The position numbers were made by a program, and so were the translations under genes. Below the pieces are notes generated by a model. The model saw only the letters and a list, made by a program, of their open reading frames with translations, had not been told where the DNA came from and ran no database searches. DNA of 64,000 nt from Phoronis australis (taxonomy: Eukaryota > Animalia > Phoronida), in the NCBI GenBank assembly GCA_002633005.1, contig NMRA01000473.1, forward strand, positions 253,668 to 317,667. The letters are read 5' to 3'. Position 1 is the stretch's first letter, and every line of letters starts with the position of its first letter. This document shows, in pieces, positions 63,289 to 64,000 of this stretch.

Positions 63289-64000
63289 TTGGGACATGAT
63301 GAAATCGATTTTACAATTTTAGCTTACATGGCCTAAATAAAAAAGTTTTAGTTACCCGAGACGTGGGTTAATCAAGTTGAGCATTTAAATGTTTGAATGA
63401 ATTCATGTGCTATTTAAAACTACTGTATTTTGGTTTTGGCTAAAGTATTTTTCATAGGTCAATTGTTGAGTAAGTAGTCTATTGCACAGATATGAACAAG
63501 ACCAACATGCACAACTATGAGATATCATAAACACAACCGTTTCTATATAATAAGAAACTTATTCAAGCGGCAAAATAAACAGTAAACTAATAGTGTAATG
63601 TTACAACTATGAGAAAATATCATGGATACTGGACAAATGGGCGGGAACATATGATCAAAAATAAATTATAAACAAACCGAGCCTAAGCGTTGGTTTACAA
63701 GTTCCATTATGCCTTGTGGTAACCAGATCATGTTTTTAGAACCAAAAATCACTCATAATTTCAATCAGATCACAAAGTTTAAGAAAAAAAACTAGGTTAA
63801 ACTTTACTATTAGACATCTGATCTGAAATTAATGAGACGACTAGAATTAATGTCAGTACTTTAACATTTCACTAACATATCATGTCATATATTTTGTTAT
63901 TCAGCAATAACCGTTTTATATTCAGCATATGACAAAAGCTAAAAAAACGTGAATTCGGATGGAGATGTCTTTTTTCCATCTAAAAAACTGTGGTAGGCTA

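Overview
This is eukaryotic (bilaterian invertebrate-like, AT-rich, spliceosomal GT-AG introns) genomic DNA with two assembly gaps; it is not prokaryotic. I reconstructed three host genes by hand. (1) A 5-exon METTL27/WBSCR27-like SAM methyltransferase on + (CDS 1461..25909, 210 aa). (2) An 11-exon TAF6L-like SAGA subunit on - (CDS 57364..27621, 626 aa), convergent with the first. (3) A single-exon-CDS SOCS4/5-like gene on + (58044..59300), head-to-head with TAF6L across about 680 bp. The introns hold many transposons with readable termini: two Kolobok families (TTAA targets; THAP, and in one a P2X7-ballast-like KolX remnant), an ISL2EU-like element (AT TSD; decayed SAP-YqaJ plus THAP), a hAT-like element containing a 2.7-kb TIR-only Polinton-like foldback, a Mag-type Gypsy nested in a Penelope element plus a solo LTR, four LINE types, MITEs, Helentron-like repeat arrays and minisatellites. 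The most interesting signals are co-oriented CTCF/YY1-like motifs on a ~140-bp periodic mobile repeat, a young 111-bp dispersed module with an atypical hammerhead-like fold, the 1.3-kb-arm foldback, and tandem duplications next to TAF6L splice sites. All alignments and family assignments were made by eye; no database search was run.
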